NCBI GenBank assembly: GCA_963707025.1
Contig: CAVPOM010000008.1
Coordinates: forward strand, 1 to 64,000
Source of the DNA: an uncultured Verrucomicrobiae bacterium
GTDB lineage: Bacteria; Verrucomicrobiota; Verrucomicrobiia; Limisphaerales; Palsa-1400
Direction of reading: 5' to 3'
Length of the DNA: 64,000 bases
The position numbers were made by a program, and so were the translations under genes. The notes below the pieces were generated by a model, which ran no database searches, was not told where the DNA came from, and saw only the letters and a list, made by a program, of their open reading frames with translations. Of this stretch, positions 8,980-17,909 are shown one piece after another (position 1 is the stretch's first letter; the number at the start of each line of letters is the position of its first letter).

Positions 8980-9996
8980 TCACCGGTCATAATAAGGCTG
9001 CATTTTTGTGACGAGGAATGGATACGGTTCCGTGACATCCACACGAACGAAATGCTTCGAAACGACGTCGGTTTTGCGATTCGTGAATTCGAAGATGACA
9101 TCCAGGATCTTCCGGCTGCCGCTGAGCCGGGACGGGCGCGCGCTCACGGATGTCCAGGATTCCCCCTTGGAGTGCGCCTCGTGAACCGCCTCGTAAACAC
9201 GAGGATACCGCAAAACGAGATAGTTCAGAGCGCGATGATCATCCTGGTTCCCGAAATTGTCGGTCATTTGCATGATTCGATCGAGGACCTCCTCCGTGGA
9301 AGCTTTAAACTCATCCGCATGGACGTCCTTGGGCTTAACCAAAGCTTCCACCAATGATTCCCGAGGAAAGGAATACATGTGGCTGAGGTGAAGCATCGGT
9401 ATCGTCAGCCCGTTGCAGAAGTCGGCGGGCGCGATGGGGCCTTTCATGCCGATGGCCACGTCCAGGTCGTTGTGCTGCGGCCGCGGGCGTTGCGTCTCGA
9501 TCAGCGAGCCGAGCTGGAACGGATCCCGCATCATGACGATGTAGGCGTCGAGGCCGTTGATGGTCATCACCCAGCAAACCTCGCTGGCAAGATAGCGGTT
9601 TTGCGGATCTGAGAACACTTTGTAAAAGGCTTCTTTGTCGGTGAGTCCCTTTCCCTCGGAGCGGCCCATTGCTTGGGCGAATTCCTTTTCGATGGAAGGC
9701 TTCGGGAAACGCGCCTCGAATCTGCCGATCGCGTAAATGTAGCGGCCGGAAGGCGGGCCGTCAGCGGCGGTGGTTGGCCGGCCCAGCAATACCGCCGGCG
9801 CTGCTTCGGCACCAGACGCCGCCGTTGTCCCGCAGGTGGCGCACGCCTGAGGAACGATGGCGGGTTGCGCAAGGCCGGTAAAGGGCGCCTGGGCCTCTGG
9901 CGCGTTCACGGCATTTCCTCGCGGCGTGCTGTCATGTTCCTCATTTACTGACGCTGAGGCCTTGTTTTGCTCTTCGATTGTTTCGGTGTTTTGCAT
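8980..9996 (-). CDS. Stand-alone PatA/PatG C-terminal domain protein (PatG_D/PatG_C-like)
   Basis: YIYAIGR...SIEKEFAQ...NRYLA...CNGL...DNFGNQDDHRALNYL...FVRVDVTEPYPFLVTKMQPYYDR. Confidence 0.9.
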   Translation of the reverse strand: MQNTETIEEQNKASASVNEEHDSTPRGNAVNAPEAQAPFTGLAQPAIVPQACATCGTTAASGAEAAPAVLLGRPTTAADGPPSGRYIYAIGRFEARFPKPSIEKEFAQAMGRSEGKGLTDKEAFYKVFSDPQNRYLASEVCWVMTINGLDAYIVMMRDPFQLGSLIETQRPRPQHNDLDVAIGMKGPIAPADFCNGLTIPMLHLSHMYSFPRESLVEALVKPKDVHADEFKASTEEVLDRIMQMTDNFGNQDDHRALNYLVLRYPRVYEAVHEAHSKGESWTSVSARPSRLSGSRKILDVIFEFTNRKTDVVSKHFVRVDVTEPYPFLVTKMQPYYDR

Positions 9997-10025
9997 ATAT
10001 GTCTCAGTTTGTAAGAATGATCAGG

Positions 10026-10238
10026 TTAACGTCTTGGTGAAAAAGTCATCCAATTGTTCAGAGTCGTAGCGCGCCTTTCGCAGCCGCTGCAAGGTTTTAT
10101 GCCCATCATGTAAGTCAGCTTTTTGATCGCGTCGCCCAGGCCAATTTCTTCGTCTAGAATGAAGCCGGGAAGCCGCACCTCGTGAGGTCGTGGGGCGATT
10201 TCCTGGTTATGGGGTGTTTCCTGGCTCGATTTTTTCAT
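10026..10238 (-). CDS. Small conserved CxxC protein
   Basis: VRLPGFI.DEEIGLGDAIK...GIKPCSGCERRA..LN; ATGA overlap with the protease gene. Confidence 0.75.
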   Translation of the reverse strand: MKKSSQETPHNQEIAPRPHEVRLPGFILDEEIGLGDAIKKLTYMMGIKPCSGCERRATTLNNWMTFSPRR

Positions 10239-11116
10239 AAATTCCCATGAACTGCATGAGGTTGGGCCAGCATTTGATGCGATGCCCAGGCGTCCAGGAG
10301 TGGCGGGACAATGGTCCGATTTTGCCGTACGCTCGAACTGCAAACGGCTGATCTCACCTCAGCCGCACTGGCCGCTGGGGATAACGACCAGAGGAGCGCG
10401 ATGGTGCCCGTGACGATGGCCGCGGCCAGACTCGAACCCGTCAGTTTCCTAGTCTGTTTGCCGGGGCCAAAGCTTGCGATATTCACGCCTGGCGCCGTCA
10501 AACCCCGGTTTCCAATCGAGTTGCCGAGATTGGACTGGCTCATCAGGCTTCCCTTCTCGTCGCAGGCCACGACTGGAATTACCCACGGATGACGGGTGAT
10601 GGCCGTGCTGCCGATCATGCCTTGATTTCCGGCCGCTGCCACACAGATTACCCCATGCCTCGCGGCATAATTCAAAGCCTCTTCCAGTTTCTGGCCGCCG
10701 GATGACGTTTGGCGAGTGAGTCCCACGCTCAAATTTAGCAGGTTCGCGCCGGCATCAACCGTGACGGTAATTGCGTCCGCCAGATTTTCGGGGGTGGCAC
10801 TGGGCACATTATCATTCTGTGCGCCGCTCTCTTCGGAGAAGATGGGATAGACCAGCAACGTGCAGCCGGGACAAATAGAGGGCGCAGCCGAACCTCGCTT
10901 TCCATGCAAGATTCCCGCGACAAACGTGCCATGATTGCAGGCGTTGCTGCCCACCCTCGAGCATGCGCCTCTGCCTGCCACCTCACGGATATTCGAAATA
11001 TCCAGACCTTCGTGTTCCATATCAACCGGGCCATCAATTAGCCCTATCTTTATCTCGGGCCTGCCAGAAGATAATTTCATTAAAGCTGGCAGCCTGATAA
11101 AATCGAACGTGCTCAC
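10235..11116 (-). CDS. S8 subtilisin-like protease, PatA/PatG protease-domain type
   Basis: Triad motifs IGLIDGP, NHGTFVAG, TGSSLAAA; oxyanion AAAGN; no signal peptide or propeptide. Confidence 0.92.
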   Translation of the reverse strand: MSTFDFIRLPALMKLSSGRPEIKIGLIDGPVDMEHEGLDISNIREVAGRGACSRVGSNACNHGTFVAGILHGKRGSAAPSICPGCTLLVYPIFSEESGAQNDNVPSATPENLADAITVTVDAGANLLNLSVGLTRQTSSGGQKLEEALNYAARHGVICVAAAGNQGMIGSTAITRHPWVIPVVACDEKGSLMSQSNLGNSIGNRGLTAPGVNIASFGPGKQTRKLTGSSLAAAIVTGTIALLWSLSPAASAAEVRSAVCSSSVRQNRTIVPPLLDAWASHQMLAQPHAVHGNL

Positions 11117-11150
11117 CTGACGTTATGTTCTGATGGATTTCCCTATTCAA

Positions 11151-11600
11151 CCCGGAATTTCCCATTTGATTTCTCGCCCACGAACAGCGTGGGCCTTTTT
11201 CGTGATTTTCCGCCTGCTCCACAGATTTGCAAGTCTTTTTTCGAGTCCGCTCCCCGCTTTTCTCTGGCGGAGGGGGTGTTCCGATGCTTTTTTGCCTCCA
11301 ATGCCCTTTTTCTCCAGGATGAGAAGACACCTCTTCCAAGGTTTCCTTTGTTTTCATGCGCGTCCTCTCACTTTTCCTTCATCCGGTTGCCGCTGCGGGC
11401 AGTCTCAGCCGCCCAATTCCTTCCAGAATCGCCCGGAACAACTCTCGCGGCACCGCCACCTCCGCCATCTGGAAGACGATCTTCCGGGAATGGCGCACGA
11501 CCTTCGCCCCGATCTTGATCAGTTTCTCCCGCAACGTCGTCAACGACCAGTGACGAACCGCTCTGGGCAGCACCGCCTGCCGCAGGAAGTTGCCCAGGTT
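11151..11600 (-). mobile_element. IS1380 family remnant (transposase 3' end and right end)
   Basis: NLGNFLRQAVLPRAVRHWSLTTLREKLIKIGAKVVRH; end motif atgggaaattccgg at about 11151-11165. Confidence 0.8.
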
Positions 11601-11725
11601 ACGGGAAGTTCCTTGCCATTGATTTCACATTCCTGGCGCGACGCGGCCGGACATCAAGTGAGGAAGTTCTGAACCTGCGGGCTGTCCTTGGCCCTTGCGA
11701 CGGCAGCCACCCATTTCTGTGCGTG

Positions 11726-11883
11726 GTAGCCAGTCAGTGAAGAGCAGCGAAACCAGCCGGGAGCGCGGGTACGACGCGGGCAGGGTCAACTGCGCAGGCG
11801 GCACATCCTGATGGACACGATGGGACCGTTGTTGATGGTCCTGGTCTTCTCCGCCAACGTGCAAGACCAGGACGGGGGTGCCG
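11726..11883 (+). mobile_element. Degenerate IS5-family transposase fragment
   Basis: SQSVKSSE...RGYDAG / RRHILMDTMG.LL.V.V.SANVQDQDG across a frameshift. Confidence 0.7.
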
Positions 11884-12030
11884 GTTGCCCATAATGAAGC
11901 AAAGCGAAATGATCCTCCCCGCCACTGATTTCTTCCAGCCGCGAAGGGTTCGGCGTGGCACCGGGACTGCGCGGGTTGCAATCGCCGTGCCATGCCGGCA
12001 TGGTGCTTATCTGTTTGGACAATCCGCAAA

Positions 12031-13053
12031 TTATTTCCGGTTGAATTTCCGTTCCCATTCCTGAAGGGTGTCGAGCACGGCTTCAAATTCAGGCGGTTCA
12101 ACAAAGAACATTTGCCGCATTTTAGCATAATCCTCCCGCAATGCCGCAATGCGTTGAGTTGGCGGGTATAAGTGCAAGGTTCCCTTGGCCGCTTCCTCAT
12201 ATCTCGCCCAGGATGATCTGAAAAACAGGCTTTTGTGTTTGGCAACCCGGTCCAGGAGGTCAAGCCGCTGGACGGCTTCCGGGGCGACGCCTTTGCGAAT
12301 CAACTCGCAAAAATCATAGTAATGGCGCGAAAACCGTTCGGGGATCGCCTTCTCTGCCGGACGATGGAACTCCGCGTGGAGAATGGTGGCCTTTTCCCAG
12401 AATGTACGCTCCGCTGAAAGGACCTTGATGGCGCAACTCGGCTCCCGGAATCCCTTCGGAAACTGCTCGGCAACATACGATGTGATGGTTTTTGTCTCGC
12501 ACGGCCAATGGTCCGACCGCGCCCCCATTTCAATTTTCACCGCCCGGCGAATGTAGCGGGATGTTTCCTGGGGGAAAGTCGTTGGATATTCAAACAACAA
12601 AGTCTGTTGATCGGGGTCATCGTTATCCTGGCGGAGCGCCCATTGCTGACCAAGGCCAATTCTCGCCCTGATGGCGGATTCCAAGCTGGGCTGGAGTTCG
12701 CCTGAGATTTTCTGCTGGCAGGAGGTGATAAGGGCCTGAATGCGTCGTTGTTTTTCCTTGTTGCTGGTGCCGGCCTCCGGCTCGTTGGCCCCTCCAAATC
12801 CGAGAAATCCCCGGTCAATCGAAATGTCAATATCCTCGGAAAACCGCTCAATGATTTTGAACACCTTGGACAACGAAGTGCCGCCTTTGAATATCAGATG
12901 CCCGCCAATGGTCGGCAACCGGAACAATTCCTGCAAAGTCCAGCAAACCCAAAAGTCCTTCTCAACGATTTGGGCCTGGATGTTCCGCGCGGTGGCTGTG
13001 CCCTCGAAATAGATCCTCCGCTCCTCCGGTTTCAACTTTGCAAAATCATCCAT
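12031..13053 (-). CDS. abiEii: AbiEii/AbiGii nucleotidyltransferase toxin
   Basis: VEKDFW, FKGGTSLSK, RFSEDID, ERTFWEK, RHYYD. Confidence 0.92.
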   Translation of the reverse strand: MDDFAKLKPEERRIYFEGTATARNIQAQIVEKDFWVCWTLQELFRLPTIGGHLIFKGGTSLSKVFKIIERFSEDIDISIDRGFLGFGGANEPEAGTSNKEKQRRIQALITSCQQKISGELQPSLESAIRARIGLGQQWALRQDNDDPDQQTLLFEYPTTFPQETSRYIRRAVKIEMGARSDHWPCETKTITSYVAEQFPKGFREPSCAIKVLSAERTFWEKATILHAEFHRPAEKAIPERFSRHYYDFCELIRKGVAPEAVQRLDLLDRVAKHKSLFFRSSWARYEEAAKGTLHLYPPTQRIAALREDYAKMRQMFFVEPPEFEAVLDTLQEWERKFNRK

Positions 13054-13056
13054 GTA

Positions 13057-13668
13057 TCAAGTTCCAGCGGCCAGACGCCGCATGATGCCGGCAATCCAAG
13101 CCGGCGCAAAGGCAGCGTCTGCCAATAATCGTTTGCGGTCGGTGGGAGCCAGTCTGAAATCAAGCCGCTTAATGGTGGCATCGTTGACATGAGCCTTGCC
13201 AAGATAACGCAGCGCGTGGATTACCAAACCACTGATGCTTCCTGCCGTCGCCATGAGGCGTGGAGAAGTTTGTTTCAGTGATATATCGAGCTTTCCAAGC
13301 CGGACACGCTTGCTGCGTCCATCCGTCAAAAAGACCACTTTGGCCGGAACCTGATCTGACAAACCCAGCAGATTGGCGGCATACGCGCCGGTGGGCTGCA
13401 ATCGTGTCCCGGTTTTGCCCGCCAGAGCCTTGGCCACGTTGTCAATTTCGGGTGCGGTCAATCCAACAATCGGGTGTTGGTGGGGGACATCATACAAACC
13501 GCGCGCCACCCGGCGGACAGTTTTTGCCGTCGCCATTCGTGAAAGCGCCTTGTCCACGGCAGGCCGAGAGCCAAGATCAAGAAAGTCGGAAGCCGAGAAA
13601 ACCCAGCCGTGCCCGCGCTTTTTAATCCGCGCAAGCATCGCTTGTTCTATTGGATTTGACACGTTCAT
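13057..13668 (-). CDS. abiEi: DUF6088 / AbiEi antitoxin
   Basis: FSASDFLDLGSRPAVDKALSR...RRVARGLY...GAYAANLLGLSDQVP; directly upstream of the toxin. Confidence 0.88.
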   Translation of the reverse strand: MNVSNPIEQAMLARIKKRGHGWVFSASDFLDLGSRPAVDKALSRMATAKTVRRVARGLYDVPHQHPIVGLTAPEIDNVAKALAGKTGTRLQPTGAYAANLLGLSDQVPAKVVFLTDGRSKRVRLGKLDISLKQTSPRLMATAGSISGLVIHALRYLGKAHVNDATIKRLDFRLAPTDRKRLLADAAFAPAWIAGIMRRLAAGT

Positions 13669-13679
13669 TTGATATCCAT

Positions 13680-13709
13680 TGTCAGAAATATGTATATGAT
13701 TATCTGACA
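13680..13709. promoter_or_regulatory. Inverted repeat TGTCAGA-N16-TCTGACA, probable AbiEi operator
   Basis: Perfect 7-bp arms in AT-rich DNA 11 bp upstream of the antitoxin start. Confidence 0.6.
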
Positions 13710-14030
13710 TAAAGCCAGCCCTTTTTGGTTCCACGAACGAAAAAAAGAGGGCAACCCTTTCCGATCACCCAATCGCCATTGCGAGAAGTTGAAATACATA
13801 TCCGCGTTTTGGCCCCGAAAATCAAGCCCTGTTTAGTAATTGTTGGGAGTGACCTGCAAAGCTGCTTAAAAAATCACCGCAGCCATGCGATGGCGGGGGA
13901 GGGAAGAGATTCCCAACCCGCTGGACGCTCTTTCTGCGCCAAGGGACACCCCCCGAGTTGGTTTCGCGAGAAGGGGAATGCTGGCCTGAACAAAGGCCGC
14001 CGCCGCGAGATTGCTGGCAAACCAAAAGGC

Positions 14031-14879
14031 ATGAACAAGCAAACCCGGAAAACAAAACTTATCGATGACGGATTTATGACCGCTCCGGGCTATCCGTTTT
14101 CGGCCCGCGACATCTTCGGCGATTTGCGCTCCAGGCTTGCCGCGGAGCACCGGCGCCCGATGAGCTTCGAGCGATTGGCCAAAATGCTCGGCCGCTCCAA
14201 GAGCACCACTTACAACTGGTTCGACATCTTTCACCACCCGCAGGTGCTTGGCTTTTTATGCCTGTTGGAGCGATTGCCGCCGGCAGAACGCCAATCTTTC
14301 ATCGAGGCCCACTGTCGGGCTTACCCGACTTTGGATGACCCGCGCCTGGCCCATGCCCACGGAAAAACAGGCAAATTGCCGGAGTTGCTGGATCAGAAGG
14401 CGGGTCTGACCATCATCACCGGCGGCACGGATTTCTCACGCACCTTCGTGTTTACCGCTCTGGCCCATGCCGCCAGCCGGGCGGGCGGAAAGCTTCCCGC
14501 GGCGGCGGGAATCGATCTCCATCGCTCCAACCTTTTCGTTCCGGTGGAATCGCTGATTTACATCAATGGAGATCTGGGCCCGGATCATGCCCGCCGACTC
14601 ACTCATAAAATATGGCCGCGGGTTCTGACTTCGGGGGCGCCACGTTTGTTTTTTAACCGGGTGTGGTCCTCCGTGCCGGAGGTTCGCGAGGATCTGTTGC
14701 GCTGCGCCGGGTTCAAGCACGTCGTCATTGCCGAAGAGGGGGTGTCGGACGTGGGTGACCTGAAGACCAGGGTCTCCACCCCTATTCATGTATTGACGCT
14801 TTCAACCGCCAAATCGGTTCCGGAGGGGATTTTGGTGAATTGCCGGTGCGTGCAGCGCGCCAAACGCCCGGGGAATTGA
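14031..14879 (+). CDS. HTH protein with degenerate P-loop-like domain
   Basis: MSFERLAKMLGRSKSTTYNW HTH; GLTIITGGTDFSRT lacks GK[ST]. Start uncertain. Confidence 0.55.
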   Translation: MNKQTRKTKLIDDGFMTAPGYPFSARDIFGDLRSRLAAEHRRPMSFERLAKMLGRSKSTTYNWFDIFHHPQVLGFLCLLERLPPAERQSFIEAHCRAYPTLDDPRLAHAHGKTGKLPELLDQKAGLTIITGGTDFSRTFVFTALAHAASRAGGKLPAAAGIDLHRSNLFVPVESLIYINGDLGPDHARRLTHKIWPRVLTSGAPRLFFNRVWSSVPEVREDLLRCAGFKHVVIAEEGVSDVGDLKTRVSTPIHVLTLSTAKSVPEGILVNCRCVQRAKRPGN

Positions 14880-14897
14880 GGTTTTGGAAAAAAGGTC

Positions 14898-14913
14898 GTC
14901 CAATGGATTGGAC
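14898..14913. promoter_or_regulatory. Palindrome GTCCAAT-GG-ATTGGAC
   Basis: Perfect 7-bp arms in the intergenic region. Confidence 0.4.
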
Positions 14914-15010
14914 ATTTCTGGCCTTGGCGTCAAGGACGAAGCACCGTGACGGCGTTATGTGCCAGATTTAGAGGCCCAGCTTGAGAAATAATTTGGTCCG
15001 CACGTAATCC

Positions 15011-15910
15011 ATGCACCCCAACAAAATCATAGCCGTCCTTCGGGAACATGGTTTTGCCGAGGGACGATTGATCGCGAATTCAAAAAGCGGCTATTACAAG
15101 CGGCACCGCAGCCACTTTGTTGTGTTCAACGCACAGGTTTGCAGCGTTGACGACCGGCTGCTCAAACAGGCCGACCTGGACCTGACGTTGGACGGGGAGA
15201 AGCTCACGCAGGCCGCGCGCGCGGCGGGAGAGAACTTCTACGTGCTCTACGAGAACGATCCGAGTCCATTTTGGAAACCCGGTTCGATACCGATGTCCCG
15301 GGTCCTGCGGGACGCGGTCTGGTGGACGCGGATCCATCGGGAGGACGAGGACCTCTTCCTCCCCATGAATTCTGGTCCCCTGAAGAGAAAGCGGGTTCGA
15401 TTGCGTTGCAGCCTGGGCCGTTGGCAAAATCGGCCAGGCTACTCTGTGGATTTGTGGGACAAACCGGCCTGGGGGATCGGTCGCAACATGTCCGGCGCGA
15501 CCGTTCAGGTGCTGGGACACCCGCCCAGGGGTCTCAGGCCGACGGAGAAAGATGAGGTTTTCACGGCTGAAATCTCCAAAACCCGGGGGCGCCCTGTGCG
15601 TCCTGTGTTTTACTACCGCGTCGGATTGCTGGACTATGTTTGGTTCAGTCACGGCGCCGCCGTCCCGGCGGTCTTGTATGACCACACCGTCCGACGGTTG
15701 GATTCGGTCAGGTTCACATGGCACAAGGACAGTGCGGCCATCCATTTGCGTCAGGCGGGCGGAGTGGTGGGCCTGTTTTGGCCATGCCGCATTTCTGCGC
15801 CGGAAGTTGTTGCCAAGGCGCGGCGGCGGTTGTTCCGACGCTTTGCAAAAACCACAGCCCCGAAGGGGAGCCGAATGCTCTACGAACTGGAATCGGGGGA
15901 GCCTTCTTGA
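15011..15910 (+). CDS. Hypothetical protein
   Basis: 299-aa ATG ORF; the N-terminal region (GRLIANSKSGY...VVFNA...DLDLT...YVLYE) looks like a conserved domain. Confidence 0.6.
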   Translation: MHPNKIIAVLREHGFAEGRLIANSKSGYYKRHRSHFVVFNAQVCSVDDRLLKQADLDLTLDGEKLTQAARAAGENFYVLYENDPSPFWKPGSIPMSRVLRDAVWWTRIHREDEDLFLPMNSGPLKRKRVRLRCSLGRWQNRPGYSVDLWDKPAWGIGRNMSGATVQVLGHPPRGLRPTEKDEVFTAEISKTRGRPVRPVFYYRVGLLDYVWFSHGAAVPAVLYDHTVRRLDSVRFTWHKDSAAIHLRQAGGVVGLFWPCRISAPEVVAKARRRLFRRFAKTTAPKGSRMLYELESGEPS

Positions 15911-15913
15911 CGC

Positions 15914-16117
15914 ATGAAAATAATTGTCCTCTTGCCGTTCATTCTATTGGTGCGGGTGACCGCCCATTTCGATCCCCACCTGTTTCGATATTGGGATGTT
16001 CATTCGCTGGACCACTGGCGCCTTTGGGGCACCACCTGGAAAGGCTATGCCATCGGTCTGGCCGGGTGGGCGATCTTGCTGGGTGGCCTGTATTCCCTCG
16101 TCGTTTGGCTATGGTGA
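15914..16117 (+). CDS. Small membrane protein
   Basis: Two hydrophobic segments; 3 bp after the previous stop. Confidence 0.45.
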   Translation: MKIIVLLPFILLVRVTAHFDPHLFRYWDVHSLDHWRLWGTTWKGYAIGLAGWAILLGGLYSLVVWLW

Positions 16118-16239
16118 AAATAGAAAAACGTGAGGCAATTCCCGAGGCTGATAATCGGTTGGCCAGGGCCATGTCCAGGGGAATCACCGCGCGCCGAAAT
16201 CTGATGGAAGCAGATGGGGGAACCCGATATATTTGACGT

Positions 16240-16689
16240 ATGGCCGAGAACATTTTTGAAAACGAGCGACATTTGCCCAAAATTGACCTGCTCGAATACC
16301 ACGGCGCGGGCTTAATTGTGCCCTGCAAATCGGGGGTGTGGATTTACAACCAAGTTGGCGGTCATGCGTGCAATGATCATGGCCTGGAGGGGGTGTTTGT
16401 CCCAATACGGTGGAGCACAGAATGTCTTGAACGCCACTTCACCGGGCCGAAGTGGGGTGGCTGGTGTGATAGCGAGATAGACGCTGAAACGGCCGATTTG
16501 ATCGAAGCCTGGGTCAGCGATGCATGCAGAAATCGGCGCCAAGGAGTTCCATTCAAAATGAATCGGGATCGAATGCAACAAAGCCAGGAGGCGTGGATAT
16601 GGATGACCTTGACCGGCCCCACGTACCTGTGTTTGGGTATAGCTGGCTTCCAGGGCGACGTTTTGCTTACTTGGCGGAACAGCGATTGA
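16240..16689 (+). CDS. DUF6210-like hypothetical protein
   Basis: SGV..YNQVGGHAC....EGVFVP...EAWI...LTWRNSD. Confidence 0.6.
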   Translation: MAENIFENERHLPKIDLLEYHGAGLIVPCKSGVWIYNQVGGHACNDHGLEGVFVPIRWSTECLERHFTGPKWGGWCDSEIDAETADLIEAWVSDACRNRRQGVPFKMNRDRMQQSQEAWIWMTLTGPTYLCLGIAGFQGDVLLTWRNSD

Positions 16690-16761
16690 TTGTCGTGCTT
16701 ATGGTGGACGGAATTAATTTAGGTTGGATGACGACGAATTAGATTTCCCGATGGATGCCGA

Positions 16762-17127
16762 ATGAAGCGTCGAACACTCAAGCGACACCGCCCCGGCCAA
16801 CTGCCGGAGCACCATCACAATGTTTACGTCGTGCTGCTTGAGCGGGCGGTCGGCAAAATCCGAAAGGTTCGTGCCGAAAACCCGAAGCGCAATCCCAAGA
16901 AACCCTGCCTCTACGTTGGGATGACAGGGCTGACCCCGGAGGAACGTTTCGCCAACCATAAGGCGGGAACCAAAGCAGCCGCGGTGGTCAAACTCTACGG
17001 CCTCCGCCTTTTGCCGGAATTGTATGAGCACCTGAACCCGATGCCGTATGAGGCCGCCGCCCAGATGGAAAAGGATTTGGCGGAGGATTTGCGCCGGGCC
17101 GGTTACACGGTCACGGGTGGGCATTAG
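16762..17127 (+). CDS. Small GIY-YIG-like nuclease family protein
   Basis: NVYVVLL...CLYVGMTG...ERFANHK...E..LAEDLR. Confidence 0.7.
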   Translation: MKRRTLKRHRPGQLPEHHHNVYVVLLERAVGKIRKVRAENPKRNPKKPCLYVGMTGLTPEERFANHKAGTKAAAVVKLYGLRLLPELYEHLNPMPYEAAAQMEKDLAEDLRRAGYTVTGGH

Positions 17128-17310
17128 CCCGGCGCGAGCAATCGCGCCAGCAGCCCTGAGAACCGATTTTCCGTCCGGTTATTTCGCACCGCCATCCCCA
17201 GCGCCTTTCGCTGCCCGATGAGCACGACCAGCTTCTTGCCCCGGGTAATGCCCGTGTAAACCAGATTCCGCTGCAACAGCAAGTACTGCTGCATGGCCAG
17301 TACTGGGGAC
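17124..17310 (-). pseudogene. C-terminal fragment of RecD2-like helicase
   Basis: LLQRNLVYTGITRGKKLVVLIG (UvrD_C_2 motif VI) only. Confidence 0.75.
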
Positions 17311-17358
17311 GTGTTCTGCGCCGGCGCACTCATTTTGGCACCTGTGGTTCAACGGTAT

Positions 17359-17838
17359 TCATGTTACCGAAACGACGTGGTATTTCACAACGGAACCGCC
17401 CAGTTTGGCTGTCCAACGCTGGCCCGCTTTCTTGCCCATCAGGTTCTGGCCCAAGGGAGATTGAGGAGTAATCACCGTGATCTCTTTCCGCTTGTGTTCG
17501 ATTTCCAGGCCGCCATTCTTCGGAGCGATGAAATAAAGGGATCGCGTGCCGCCGGCATCCAATTCCACCAGGGAGGTCAAATCAATTGGTTCATCAGCGG
17601 CGAATTCCTTGGCCGTCAGGGCTTCGTAGATCTCAATCGAGTCCAGGATCTCCTTTGCCTGCCTGGCCTGACCGCCGGCCAGATAAGCCGCTTCGAGTCC
17701 GCGCGTGTCGTATTTGCTTTCCGCCTTGCTGCTCTCGTGCGTGGCTTCCGCATGAGACGCCCGGGCGGCCTTTTCCAAAACACCCAGGCTTTGGCTCAGG
17801 CTGGCAACGATTTGTTTTATCAACCGGGATTTGTCCAT
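17359..17838 (-). CDS. GreA/GreB family transcription elongation factor
   Basis: AESKYDTRGLEAAYLA, VITPQSPLG. Confidence 0.88.
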   Translation of the reverse strand: MDKSRLIKQIVASLSQSLGVLEKAARASHAEATHESSKAESKYDTRGLEAAYLAGGQARQAKEILDSIEIYEALTAKEFAADEPIDLTSLVELDAGGTRSLYFIAPKNGGLEIEHKRKEITVITPQSPLGQNLMGKKAGQRWTAKLGGSVVKYHVVSVT

Positions 17839-17909
17839 TTCGTGATCTGTTCGTTGAGCATGGAAGACAACTTTTTTAGCCGCGGCGCGCGTGCGCTGAC
17901 ACCTCACGA

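Noticed and set aside
7509..11116. Canonical cyanobactin gene cluster
   Set aside because: No PatD/YcaO, PatF, oxidase or short PatE-like precursor with cassettes.
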